This document shows positions 46,153-61,216 of a DNA stretch of 64,000 bases, one piece after another. The position numbers were made by a program, and so were the translations under genes. Source of the DNA: Lytechinus pictus (Eukaryota); the NCBI RefSeq assembly GCF_037042905.1, contig NC_087245.1, forward strand, positions 36,458,001 to 36,522,000. The letters run 5' to 3'. The notes beneath the pieces were generated by a model. That model had not been told where the DNA came from, did not search any database, and worked only from the letters and a program-made list of their open reading frames with translations. Position 1 is the stretch's first letter. Every line of letters begins with the position of its first letter.

Positions 46153-49100
46153 AATGGTCAAGGCTCATTACATATGAACAGTGCTTATCAATAGAACATG
46201 CATGGTTACCACTGTAGGCTCAAAGGTTATCGTAATAATTGAAAGAAAATAGACGTCCTGTTTGATCTTCCACCCTCTGCTGATCTCAGTTCAGCCGACT
46301 GTTGATAAGTTCTTTCAAAGAACTTCAGTATTGATATTTGAATAAGTGCAATTAGCCAGAGTGTAAAGAATGTGAAACAGGAGCTAAAATTAGATTTGTT
46401 TGTTTTGACAGAAATTTTGTGCACTTGTAGTGATAATTAAAAACGAAATAAGTGTTTTGATTTTTCATTCTCTTCTGTCCGTAGCGACTGTTGATAGGTT
46501 TTTAAATCATCCGTTCCAGGATTTTAGTATTGATATTTGAATATCAATAAGTGCAATTAGCTGCAGTGTGAATAATGTGAAATGGAGACAAATATAAGTC
46601 ACAGATAAGCCATTTTTATCTGCAATTCTAGCCTAAAAATGTTATTAAAGACCCTAGTCATCTTTCCCTATTTGCTCTTTTATGTATGGCCCATGGGATT
46701 GTTAAATAATGTGTGATTTTTTTATTTTGGTAGCATTTCGCAATAGCCAATAAAAAATCACTGGTTTCCATACCATAATGAGCAAATACCGTAATCGTAA
46801 TCGTAAGTCCTAATGATTTGGGCCCCATATGCCTTTCGATTAAATTTTTAAACGACATTTCATCATTGGGTTTTGATGTAAATGTTTTCCTCATGACCAT
46901 GCTAAAAATAATAATAAGCCTAGAGTAATTACCTATTAGTTTCTCTGGAATAGAAGGCTCTTATGAAGAACACCTGCCAATCTCCTTCAAGTGATCTTTA
47001 TAAGTTATTTTTAAATCAAGTTATCCAAACCGTCTCATTTGACTATAAAAATAGTTGTTTTCTTCCCGGCCTTTCAATATTTGTGTTGTAAGCAAGTGAA
47101 ATATAGCCTATATTTCATTTCCTTGGAACAATCTCCCCCTACAAATTCATAATGCTAACTGTGTTAATACATTTAAAGTTATTGCCTAAAAATCATCTTT
47201 TTAAATCTGAAATTGATCATATCATTGTTTTATTGGCTGATTTGATGGTACTTCTATATTCATGATCTGGTAAGAACTAGTTGTAAATTGTAATATTAGT
47301 ATTGATACATTTTGTTGTGCAAAGTATTTCTATTTCCTTTATACTTCATATTTCCTTTCTCTTAAACACTTAGAGGCAATTTTTGAATTTGCGGTATGTA
47401 AAATTATTATTATATATATAATTATATATATTTTTTAATGTTGAAACATGAGGTCACCCACTTACATAGGTATTCAGTCTTTTAATTACAGTTTTGGAGA
47501 GGGCGCATTTGGACAGAAATGTATTTGACAACGTAGGAATGTGTACTATCTAAAAAATAAGTGGGTGTGGCCAAACTAATTGAACCTTCTGGGCTTGGTG
47601 CATATACATCTATGTATTAAAAAAACATCTATCAAATACACTATGTGTAAAAATATCGAATTCAGAGAGGGCATTTTTGGATAGAACTGGCACCACATTT
47701 TTTTAAAATTAATAGTCACAAAAATTCAAATTGTCAGTCACTTCTGGGAATTCAACTTAAAGATTCAATAATCAATTGTGAATGGTAAAACAATACTTAA
47801 TGAATACAAACAGTAGAGATGTAAGAGCTCAAAACTGAAAAAAACATAATGTGACAATAATTTTTGCCCTAAAATGACAGATATGGTCAATCAACGTTTC
47901 GGGGAGTAAATATTTCTGTAATTTTCATTCCTCTTCCAGGTTGCTCTAATAATGACCAATGTCCTGCCATCATAATTTTATTTTGAGATTACACTACACA
48001 TATTTCATTTTGTGATATAAATACACAGAGGGTTTTTTGGGGACAGTATATACAATTCAAACAGACTTCACTGTCATCACATGAAATACAGTATTACAGT
48101 GAGTTAATTTTAAAATCACATTCCCCTTAAAATGGTTATACATGTAGGACTACCTATAAGAAACTTGCAGTCAACAAAGTTACAGTTTCATTGAGTTCAC
48201 ATGAGACTATATCATTAGATATAATATCATGTTTGATCACTTAACATATTCTTTATCAATATTACTCCGTACCAAACTGCTCAGTAATTGAAATGTTCAT
48301 TGTAATTCAATGAGTAAAAAAAAATTATATGCTATTAAGTGTTTACATGTAGTGAGCAATTGTATGAAGTGCACATTTTGCAATGATAAAAAAAAATAAT
48401 TTTGTAATATTTGTACAAATAGTTTGTTGCATTATTGAACAACTCTCATGTCAGATTGTAAAGCCTGGCATACCATTGTTGATTAATTCTCGAATGCGTC
48501 CGATTTGTAGTGTGTAGTAGTAGCAATATTTGATTGGCTACATCTGATGAGGCAACTCTGACTGGATAAAAGGTGGCTTCGAGACATAAATGTATGTTTT
48601 CATTAAATTATATCATATATCCAATCAAATATCATATTTGATAGCATGGAAAAAAGTGTTATTTAATATTTTTCCAAGAATTGTAAAGGCATTGAGAGCT
48701 TCGCTGATTTACATAATGCTTTTAGAATAAACAATAATTTCAGTTTTTCAAGATAAATCTCCACGTAGTATCTTAAATTATGAGAATTTGGAATATTATT
48801 AACCTGTTTCATTAAATGATATTTCAATAGAATTCTAATAAATGATAAATCCATCGCAACAACTGTGAAATCATTATTCCAGGGAACAGTAGGAGGAAAT
48901 ATTGTTTGTCTCTTTTGACTTTTAAAGCTTATCCTGAAAATATTCAAGATGGGATTATTATGAATCCTACCATCAAGAGAGAACAGTTGTGTGGGTTGAA
49001 CGACAAACAAATATTCCTCTCTTCTGAAGGGTAATTTGGAACATGACACAAATTCCAATTAGCAAGAGAGTCCTCATTAGATATTGCCCTATACCACGCA

Positions 49101-51599
49101 GCGTTTATTAGTCTCTGACAATGCCCTGTGATCGTGTCATTACCCCATAAAATTACATCCATTCTGCGGATGAAAACGATGTCTAGCCATCGGCCCTTCA
49201 ATCTCCCCCCCCCCCCTCAGTTTCCCTCTGGCTTGGTTTCCTGTGCATTGAAGAACAGCACATCGAGTCAAAATCCAGTAAGTGCTAGTCTATAGCAGTA
49301 GAAGCTTGATTAGCTGGGGTGCTTGTAAATGGACATCTGACAAGTTGTTTTATTTTGCTTTGCGTTTGTGAAGGTAAGGCGGTGTTGTCTTTTGATGAAA
49401 GTAACGAGCTACCCGGCTTTAAGAATGTCAGTGGTTGCAGCGAGTGTCTACAGAAGTCACAAAGTGTTTGTTTTTGGAGACTGATGAGTGGAGAGCATTT
49501 TGGATTTGTCTTCGTTTGACAGAGTGCATGGATGTGCTCGGTGCATTTTATGCAGAGCCCTCTCAATATTCAGGTCTGTCTCCCCCTCCTTCCTTCGCCC
49601 AACAAGGCTTCGTCATTGTGTGTGTGTGTGTCGCCGTAACCCTCCTCGCATTCTAACAGCGCGGGAGGCAATCTTCGGCTTGCAGGCGGCTGAGAAGGGA
49701 ATGAATAAAGGCGTAATTGCGACAGAGTAGACTGTCCCTGTCAGATCCGAGTTTGGATTTGCTTTGGACGGGTCGTGGTGATCGCGTGTGATCTGGTTGT
49801 CGTGTCTCTCTCCCTCTCCGTCTGATTAATCAAGTCTTTCTGGATGAGCCTTTGATTTGATGAGGGAACTTCGATCGCATCTTATCTATCAAGGTATTTC
49901 TACCATTCAAATCTTCTTTTTCTTCAGCTAGCTAAACCTTTCTACGATGTCCCTGGAATTCGTTTAGGGGCTCCATCAATTTTATAGCGCAGAATGGTCT
50001 TGAGCGTCTTTTCTTGCTTTATGTGTAATGGGTTGAGAACTTGAAAGCTATCGACGCAATGTGTGACGTAAAGCTGAATTGATTTCAATTCAGTCCGGTA
50101 TACCCTTTTTGATGGGATAAAAGTAGGAATTTGAATCCATTTTAGTCTTTGTTTTTGTGGTTCCTTTCTCTAGCCTTGGCATGTTTAGATGATGTAGATT
50201 TGTCTTCCTTTTTTTTTTTATCTCAGGCCCTCACATAATTCTTTTGAAGATTCTTGGTGCAGTTATTTTTTAGGTCAAGAGCAGTGCCTTGGTCTAATGT
50301 ACAAAATTACAATGTAAATAGATATAAAAAATTCTTGTATTTGTTGTATACCCAGTTGTGTGTCCGGACGATCAATTTTAGAAAGTTATTTGGAAAATTT
50401 ACAAGCAAAGTTTCATCAATTTTTAGTACAAAATGTTAGGAAATATTATAGAGAACAAAACAGAAGATGATTATAACTATTGAATTCTTATTTTCAGTGC
50501 AATTCAAAGACAAAAAAGGAGGCTTCAAAAATATAAAGTGTCCGGACACCCGACCCCCATCCTACTGAACGGTTTTGAAATTGGGGCGGGGGCTGAGCCA
50601 AAAGTTGGAGGCTGACTATGCAAAAAATCATAATCAGATGGTAATTTTTACGTTTTTGTACACGGTTTTGGAAAAAAGTGCGGGGGCTGAAGCCCCCCGC
50701 AGCCCCCACCCCCTGTTTCCGCGGCCCCTGCTGAATTTTTTGTGTTCCAAATTTGATGATTTTCTTTTGGTAAAGTCATTTTATTTGATTTGGACTCCTA
50801 GAATGCCTTTATCCCTCTCTCATTGTATTTCTATCTTTTGTTTTTTGTTTCTTTTTTCTCCTCTCTTTATTTCATTCTATGTTTTTTCTTTATCTCTCAT
50901 CTGTAACTGTATTTCAATATTTTTTTCTTCAAATCATTTAATTCATCCCTTTCTCTAGCTCTCTTTCTCCCTCTGTCTCTTTCCCCTTTCCGTCGACCTC
51001 TCTCTATTCTTTTAATAATCGTCACATCTCTCACCTCTACCAACGCTTGCTTGTTCAATCTGATATTGAAATTGAATTAAGTTGTTTGCTCATCAATTCC
51101 CCATCAATTTAAATCTCTGTATACCTTTTAAAATAACCAGTTACATCACTTTTGTATTGATTGCTTTGATGTATTCTTTGTTTCAGAATTTCATGGCCTT
51201 TTTTTTAGAATTTCCAAATTATGTTGCACGTGTGTTATACTTATGAAGTTGTGAGATGAATTTATACAGTATTTTATTTTTTTTTCAATGTTTGTCTCTT
51301 CAGTCCAGTTAATTTTAATTGAATTCATAAAGTCAATTAAAGCAGGTTTATAGGCTGTTTATTTGTTGAAATAATCACACGGATAAACAGTGTTTAATAC
51401 ACGTTGCTTGCGGTTTAAGAGGCAACCTTGCTTGGATAGGCAATACATGAGTGGATGAAAATATTAATATTTAAATAGATGAATTGAATCAATAACTAAT
51501 ATACACCATATTATATCAATGAATGATTGATCATACGTGATAAGATACAGGAAATGACCAATAATTGACTGAGACTGAACATGTACAAGTTACAGAGCA

Positions 51600-51807
51600 G
51601 GGGGTGTTACACAAAGATTTAAGTATGACTTATCACTTAAATGCCAATGCGTATATGATATGCAACGCGCAATCTTATTGATCAATACGCAGTAGTGCGC
51701 GTCCATTTGCCATGATCTGACCAATGCGGCGATGTCTTTCATACCGCACGAAACTAGGCAATTAAGTGCGACTCTAAGTCATACTTAAATCTTTGTGAAA
51801 CACCCCC
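51600..51807. mobile_element. Harbinger-like MITE; related copies near 38260-38462 and 51867-52063
   Basis: gggggtgttacacaaagattt ... aaatctttgtgaaacaccccc. Confidence 0.78.
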
Positions 51808-52170
51808 TAGTGTTTTATTTGGCTGTGCATATATTACGCATGACTCTATGCATGATGGTGATCTATGGGGCGTTTCACAATGATAAAAGTGCAACTTAAT
51901 TAGAGTCGCGCATAAATTTCATTTGCGAGCGGTATAAAACACATCACCACGTTGGTCAGATCATGCGCACTTGACGCACACTACCGCGTATCCGTCAATC
52001 AGATTGTGCGTTAAATAACTTTGATCTATTAAATTCACACTTAAATCTCAGTGAAACAATCCCCTGTTCTTGAGATGCACCCCATTCTTTTGTGACAATA
52101 CTAAATCAAATCGGCCAAAGTTATAAACAAATTTGTATTTAGATGCTTGTTTCTAATTGATTGGTGGGGA

Positions 52171-52368
52171 TTTTTTTACCTGATTGCTAAGAAAGCATGA
52201 ATGCTTGTAAGCAAGCAACCAGAGGACCAACGGCTTAAGGTCCTCTCCGAAGGACCTGGTAACGAGGATTAATGCCTTACCAAAGGGCACTAGCGCACTA
52301 AGTGGGAATCGAACCCAGGTCACCGGATTACGAATCCCCCGCTCTACCGACTGAGCTATCGCGCCTCC
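52171..52368 (-). mobile_element. tRNA-derived SINE
   Basis: Minus strand tagctcagtcggtagagc A box, ggttcgattccc B box, non-tRNA body, A tail. Confidence 0.85.
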
Positions 52369-52483
52369 TAATGACGTTTGCTGATTTGAATAATAATGAT
52401 TCGCACTGAAGAACGGGGTAAAGTCATTTGTAAAGTGCAATCATTTACAAACAGCATACAGCAGGCCCCAGCATGCAGACATA

Positions 52484-52916
52484 GACCCCATTTTCATTAC
52501 AGTCCTAAAACCGGTTTAGTGGAAACTAGTTTAATGTGTAATAGGAATGCTCGAAGCGGTCCTGGAAGCAATCTGAAGTGGTCTTCCAAACCTTACAATG
52601 TGGTTTTCATGATCCCTCTGCCTCTTTAAACTAGATTAAGTGTAAGTGAGGACACAACATTTCTTTGGGAAGGGATCTTCGCACGTGTTTGGCTCGCTGC
52701 TCCACACACTGCGTAGAATGCCTACAGCGCGGTTTCAAATAATACTTGTAAAACATGCGACCCCACTGAGAGTGTTCCCGTAGCAACGAGACTGCTTTAC
52801 GTGAAATGGCTTTCAAAACCACTTTCGGGTGATCAGATAGAAACGTTAACAAAGTGATCTTCAACACTGGTTTCCTTAACTGGTTTCCACTATAGAATTG
52901 TAATGAGAATGGGGTC
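52484..52916. mobile_element. MITE with 3-bp TSD (ATA)
   Basis: ata|gaccccattttcattaca ... tgtaatgagaatggggtc|ata; inverted sister copy at 62822-63264. Confidence 0.82.
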
Positions 52917-53111
52917 ATATAGTATACTAGTAGATGGTTTGTAGATGAAATACCTGTGTGATGAAACCTAATGGAAAGTAGATGATGTGTTTTGAATCAT
53001 GATTGAAATTATGATTCTGGCTTATTATGAGGTCGCATAAACACAGCCTTAAAATGATGACAAAATTCCTAATTCTTCTTCTTGTACAGGTGACCTTAAT
53101 GCAGATGAACC

Positions 53112-53221
53112 ATGGGCAGGAAGTTGAATCTCACTCATCTTTCGGATCGAGAATGCCGTCAAATCCTGGATGTCATCCAACGAGACTTCAGGGTCCGTCA
53201 CGATGAGAAGGAACGCTTCAC
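53112..53221 (+). CDS. MYRIP: First coding exon of a Rab27-effector gene, MyRIP/melanophilin (Slac2) family; exon 53090-53221; gene continues downstream
   Basis: Acceptor ttcttcttcttgtacag, Kozak aaccATGG, donor ac|gtaagt. Translation MGRKLNLTHLSDRECRQILDVIQRDFRVRHDEKERF closely resembles the recalled vertebrate MyRIP start [36 protein letters not shown]. Orthology versus melanophilin is unresolved. Confidence 0.88.
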
Positions 53222-53784
53222 GTAAGTAACTCTCCCCGACCCAAACGCCCGTCTAAATCACGCCGTTTTATTTGAATGCTTTCGAAGCAAAAAAGTGTTT
53301 TCACACCTCTTGAATGCCCATCCTGGACCAATGTCGCCTTTTGTCCGCATCATGAGACGGAGACCGCTTATGTTATTAATAAACATGCAGGAAATCTTTT
53401 TAGTCCTTCTGTGCGCTGAAAAAGAAAGATGTAATAACTTGTCAAAATGCCTGTCTATCTTTAGACACTTTGGAGAGAGCAATTACGATATTACTCCAGA
53501 GAAATGAAGGGCTTGGTGGTTGTGACATTTGGAAATTAAATGTCTGCATGGTGATGCCTGTGCCCTAGGTATTGAACATGCTCTGACATTGAAGGCATAA
53601 TACCTGATGGCAGCGCTGTGACTATCTCGTAAGTGAGTAAGTTGGAATAGAAACCATGTTAGTGTGTTAATCCTGATTATCATGTCCTTTTGAGAGGTCC
53701 ATGTGCCATAGGTCCTCTGGTTGTTTAGTGAACAGACTTGGACCATGTGGCATATGAGACTTGATAAATAAGTTGTCCAACAAT

Positions 53785-54900
<1,116 letters not shown>

Positions 54901-55790
54901 ACATGTACTGCTGATTTTAAGACTTTAACTCTGCTTGCTTTTCAGTTGTCAGATAAAAACAACAATCTATCCAGGAAAAATTATAGCAAGAGCAACATTT
55001 CATTAATTCCTCATCAACATGCATACTTTGCACTATTACAAGTACCGTATTCCAAAATCCATGCTTCCCTGGAAAATATGATATTAATCCTAAAAGATTG
55101 GACCGTGCGAGGGTTGTGACATTTGAAGATTAAAACGTCCGCTCTGATTTATCTGTTAGGAATATTGAAACGACTTATAATTGCTGTACTGACGGGACAA
55201 TATGGATTAATTTGCCAATCCATATTGCTCTTCAGTTGTGTGTGTCGTAAATACATCCATGGGCCCGTTACACAAAACATAAAGATGATTGTATGGCTGG
55301 TTGTTATGATTGAATGCATAGATCATCATGTGTAGTCAATCGTACAAATCAACAGTGTTATCGATCGCTAAGTTTTGTGGAATCGGGTACATGTCAGTGA
55401 CTAATACACCTAACCTATGGCAAATATAGGAGCGTGTGTCAATCGTCCAAACAAACAAATCTGAGATCCGTATTGATGGAAATTTTAACAAACAAAGGGA
55501 AGTTGAATATTAAGGGGTATTGATGTTCACTGAACTAATGCATATATTTACCTAGGTGTAAAAAGCTACATAATAACACTTGCAAAGCCAGAAACTGTCT
55601 GTATTTTCCATACAGGTATGTAGGTCTGTGTTTAAGAAGAAGTGGATTATAAGTCTAAAAAATCAACCTTTGAAAATAGTTGAGTAGGAACAATGGAATA
55701 CAAGTATTACAGTGGTATTGAATACTGATATCCAACTTAAAGTATGTTCTCCAATGATGGCTCAGATTACATGTTCTTGGTCAGAATCTA

Positions 55791-55976
55791 ATAAAAGAAA
55801 CCTTTTCTCAGTTACATGTAATGTAGAATACTCGAGTTTAAAACTGAAAAAGAAAAAAAACCTAGTTTTAAAAACTGCTCAAGCATGTAATGGAGCCCGC
55901 ATAATGTTTTTCTGACTCTTTCTCTCGAGTCCTGAGTATTCTAAATTACATGTAACTGAGAAAAGGTTTCTTTTAT
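55791..55976. mobile_element. Short palindromic MITE-like element
   Basis: ataaaagaaaccttttctcagttacatgtaat ... attacatgtaactgagaaaaggtttcttttat. Confidence 0.7.
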
Positions 55977-56886
55977 CACAATCCTAAAAAAACAAATCCT
56001 CTGGTTTCCAGCTTTTGTATGTGAAAGCTTTCATGTCTACCTTTCTATCAAATATCACTCGGGTGAAAGTATTTACTCATTGATGTTTTTATTTATTCAG
56101 ATGGGGTTGTTTTCACGAAAGGAAACATAACCAATGAGTCTAATGGGCATTGGAGGAAACTCTAAATCATTCATATGTGCTGCAATTAATTGCAAATCAG
56201 TGATTGATTGCTAATCTGCTCCATGAAACAAGAAGTTTAATCTGATTTGCTACAGCTAAAATTGATCTATTGATTGTTAAAGTTCAATAGAATATTTGCA
56301 ATTGATTGCAAATATTTTCTTGCAACACCCCCTAGGGTTATAACCAAAAAATAGGTAAACTTTCATGATTGTGGAAAAAAGAAGGTTTTCTTATATCTAC
56401 ACACCAATCAGATGAACCTCTCAGTTGTACATTATGAAGCATATATGATTTTTTTTTGCTTAAATTTTCTGTACACGGCATACACATTTCCAAAGGTTTG
56501 CATGAAAAAGTCACAATGTAAGAACCGAATCCGTCGGTGTAAGTTTTAACTACTGGAATACCCATCGCAGCTCACGCCTTTTTTTTTCGTCCTCAAGTTT
56601 AGTTTTACGCGTTACGAACACCTTTCCTTCTCCGTTTCCAGTGACATATTGCTGCACATAAGGAGGAAAAAACAAGCCGTCAGCAAGCTGAGCTAGTTTG
56701 CATGGTGTTGAATTCTGTTTGTTCGTAATGTTAACTGTTTGTTCCTTCCCACTCTACACTTTCAGTCTGACGTGGATAGTGGAGAGGGAGAGAGAGAGAG
56801 AGAGAGAGAAGGGAGGGGGGGGGGGTTGGTGAGGGGGTGGTAAGAGGGAGAGAGGGAGGACAAAGAGAGAAAGATGGAGAGATTAA

Positions 56887-57378
56887 AGGGGAAGTTCACC
56901 CTGAAGAAAAGTTTATGGTAAAAATAGCAGAAAAAATAATAATAAATGTTGGTGAAGGTTTAACAAAAATCCATTGAAGATTAAGGAAGTTATTAGAATT
57001 TTAAATGAGGGATTTGTGACGTCATAAATGCTGCCCCCTTTCTTGTGTGATATAGAATGCATAAATTTCAATTTTTTTACGGTTCATGGTGACTTATTTT
57101 TGTTTTCTTGTTGGGAACAGGTGCAAAATGATTTGTCTATTGTTATACTGAAGGTACAATAAAAACCATTTTCAATTTTCTAAGAAAATGAAATTTCATT
57201 GATTTTTTACTATACGATATGCAGGAAAGCTGCTCGCATATGACGTCACAAATTAAATAATTAAAAGTCGAATAACTTTTTTATTCTTTGATGGATATTC
57301 CTCAAACCTTCGGCAATATTCTTTTTTTTAAATTCTGCTATTTTTACAATAAACTTTTTGTCAGGGTGAACTTCCCTT
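56887..57378. mobile_element. Kolobok-like non-autonomous element
   Basis: ttaa|aggggaagttcaccctga ... tcagggtgaacttccctt, long imperfect arms. Confidence 0.75.
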
Positions 57379-60300
57379 CAACAAGAGAATGAGAGAGGGG
57401 AAGACAGAGAGTGGGCTGAAAAGGAATAGCAAGGGGTGAACAGAGTGAAACATAGAAAAAGATAGGGAGAGAGAGAGGATGAGAGAGTGAGAAAGAGGGG
57501 GGGTATGAAAGGAGTACCCTTCCGATAGAAGTTCTTTCCTTTTTATATTTTCAACCAAAAGACAGTGATGTGATCATTGGCGGCGGAAGTCAAAAATTTC
57601 AGGGGGAGACCACCAAAATTTTGACAAGCAAAAAAAAAAGGTTATCAACTAAAAATTTAGGGGGGGATCGTCCCCCCCTTCCGCCGCCTATGGATGTGTT
57701 GGTATACATAGTTCTCTCAGTTATGACAAGTTTTCTTTCAAAAATTTTACTTTCTTTTCTACCGTTAACGCCACCATAGATAGGCCTACATTGAATTTTA
57801 CATGACTTAATATCTAGAGTAGATAGCTTTCTTATTGAAATTATACAACACATATCATCTCAAACAGACAGCAGTACTCTCTGTGGTTGAAAAAAAGTTT
57901 CTTTTATGAAGTATTTGTAAATCAAATCAAATAATTCTATAAATGGCCTTATTAATAAACAGAAAACGATTTACTTAACCCACATGTCATGCCTCATGAA
58001 TGGAAAGAATGTTAGAATGAAAAGAGCAGCATATATGAAGAAAGTGTTGTTTCAGGCTGCTTCTCTGTCTCCTCGTTGCCAGCCATGGAAGGCGTCAATG
58101 CTCCTACAGGGGGCTCTGCATCAGAATAATTCAACAAAATCCCATGGGGAACCATTGTGGATTCAACCACATAGATGTATTATAATGCGAACTGAATATA
58201 ATGAGCTACAGCAGTAAATAGCATCGGAGTATGGTTACATGTGGGACATTTTCTCCATTCTTAACAGCTTTAAGAGCATGAATAAACTCTTGTTTTTAAA
58301 CTTCACTCTCAATTATAAGATGTTATTTCAAGTGAGCCAAGAATATACAAAATTCAAACTAGGAAATGAACAACATAAATTGTTGTTGGTTAAGGATATA
58401 TGTACAGGTTGATTACTCCATAGGCTCAATTTCAGTACTGTTGTTACTTTATTTATTTCAAGATATGGTAATTCGCAGCTGTATATAAATATCATGACTT
58501 CTGCATTGTTGAATCTTATATCTTATCCTTTAAATGATAAAAATTTTGTTCTGAAATTTATCTTTAGAGTTCAAAACTGGCTTTTAGAATAAACAAAAAA
58601 ACTTCATTTTTTTAAAAATAAATAAAAGAATCAGGTTTATGATGGTTTGTAAAATCAGTGACAAAATCAATATTTTTTTTACCGGTATCTTGTTTGTTAA
58701 AAAAAATTTATTGAATAAGCAATACAGCATCTTTCACAATAACACTCTTAATGCCAAGCATATTCATAAAAGTAAAAGCATGCATGATACACAATATGTT
58801 TTTTAGTTGTTTGTACATCCCGCATTATTTTTAGAATCTATGGCTTTGTAATAGCCTGCTGAAAAAAAATCTGATTTTGAGACTGCAAATCCCACTCTGA
58901 ATATTTTATTCTTTTGATATGTGTGAGTATTGGCAGTATAAGGTTATCAGAAATGCATTACAAGATCTTAATTTTCATCAATATATAATTTTTCAATGCA
59001 CCTAGATTGTCAGATTAAAGTTAGCTATTGTATTCAGCAGACATCAGCTTGGATTCTGCAATCATTTCTATCTTCGGCTGATTATATCATATCTTAAAAT
59101 ATAGTTTCAGTCATCTAATTCCACCTTATCTCATGTATATCATATCTTTAAGTGAAAATGTCATAATGAGCTCTATTTTGAAGCCTGTGAACTTAAAGAA
59201 CTAATCATTATTTTTTAGTGATTATTGTATGCAAAGTGTAGATATACCCCCTCCCCCTCCAAAAATCCATTGGAAAGGTTACCTTATTTTTCGATTTAAA
59301 ACAGTACAAAGCCAACAGATTAATTTCGAGCAAGTTTGCAGCTTTAAAATTGTTGTGATGCTTTTCGCAGTTAGAAAACCAAAAAATAAATCATTCTTTT
59401 TATTTTCCAGTTTGCTTTTACCATGTCCAAATGAGAAATTTTTTCTCCTGTATTAAAAACTTGGGGGAGAGGGTTACTGCCAATATTGAGGCAAATTATA
59501 CAAATTTCAATTTATTAATCAAAACTGGAACCAAATAGTGTTGTGACAAGAATAAGCATACCGGTCATTGTTTTTCAGAATTTATTACTGATTTTATGAT
59601 CAAGATTGACTTGCATCCCCCATCCAATATCAAATATGTACTGGAATATATGCATAATTCTACCAATTATGCCAGCTTGAACATGAACTTCTACATTCAC
59701 TTTGAAATCTCTGACAAAGAAAAATACATTTTGTTACAATGTTGGTTGATTTCCTGTCAAAACTGAATAAATATTGAACGGAAAACTGATGCAAACCCTG
59801 TCTCAATGCTTTATTAATGAGTCGAGTCCCTCGCCTATTGCGCTGGTCGGTTGGCAGAACATTACTTGCAACATACTCGTGCCCTTTCCCGTCTCCTCTC
59901 TGTGGGCGGCTTAATTAGAAAGCATAATTAGGTTAACATGATTAAATATTAATACCCTCTAGAGTAAGGTTAATCATTCAATAGTAATTAATTTGTAAAT
60001 AAACCACCTCTATCACTTTGATTGCAATTGCAGTTCTATCTTCGTCTCCGCTAACATCTACCGGTAGGTAGTTGTCTTTTCACGAAGCAAAACATACGCT
60101 TGGTTGAATGAGTTTAATACCTCGGTTACACCAGTGAAACCGACTCTAGGCCGATCAAATCTGTTTTTTAATATTACCACTCACATATACATTCCCCTGA
60201 TATATCTAGTCAGTCTCATTGATGTTACCGTAGCGTTAAAGGGAACAATTCAACCCGACTTTGTCCTCATAATGCCCCAAATCACCCCTAGAATTCTGAA

Positions 60301-60979
60301 AAGTGATTTGGGGCGGCCATCTTTTCTGATGTCACCCCAAGATCTGCCAAAAGCAATATTCAAGAAAGTTTTAAAAAAATCAATTTTCTTCATACAGCAT
60401 AATAGCTTAATTGCTTGTTAAAAGAAGGTCTTGAAATTAGGGACAGTCCCTAAACACTTCATTTTAACCTTATCTTAGAAACTATTTAACCTGTAAATTG
60501 CAATGAACACGATGAAAAGCTAGCATAATAATTATGTTGAAATTAGTGTGCATGAAAAATAAATGCAAATAATGCCTCACTTTCAAATGAAGGTTGGGGT
60601 AAATTTTAGCATTTCATTTTTTTTATTTCATATTTTTCTAACGATGCTAATGAAATTGAATAAAAGGCAGAAACTTTGCCATAACAGCAGGCAATATATT
60701 AGAATGCACCAATGTCATGTTATTCCTGTATCTATGAAAACGGGATCAGTTATGGCATGAAATGGAAATTTAATTGGGTTATAATTGAAAAATCCTTCCG
60801 TGTTTTTAGAGAAAGGACGCTGTCTTTGTTTGAAGGATGGTTTCATGTGACTGACCCTCGTCGGAGGCCAACTCTTAATGATTATGATTTTAAATCTGTA
60901 ATAGTAATGCTAGGCAAGTTCAGTCTAGTACACAAGCTTAGACATTTATGATGAGAGATGTAATAACAGTTAGGTGGTT

Positions 60980-61216
60980 ACACTCTTAATTTGCAGGGGA
61001 TTTGAAATAAATCAAGTTGGACTGTACGTAGTTAGGGACCACTCGAATTTGGGATTTAGTTTTAATCCTGAAGATTTATTTTTTAATCTAAAAGGATTGA
61101 AATTCAAATTCATAGAGATTAAAAGATATTTTTAGGATTAAAAGTACATCCCAAGTTCGATTGGTCCTGAACTACAGTCCAACTGGATTTATTTTAAATC
61201 CCTGCAATTTAGAGTA
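60980..61216. mobile_element. Palindromic MITE-like element
   Basis: actcttaatttgcaggggattt ... aaatccctgcaatttagagt. Confidence 0.65.

Noticed and set aside
52296..52368. Genuine tRNA gene (also at 15429 and near 45510-45581)
   Set aside because: The tRNA-like heads run into SINE bodies and A-rich tails and lack a proper acceptor stem.
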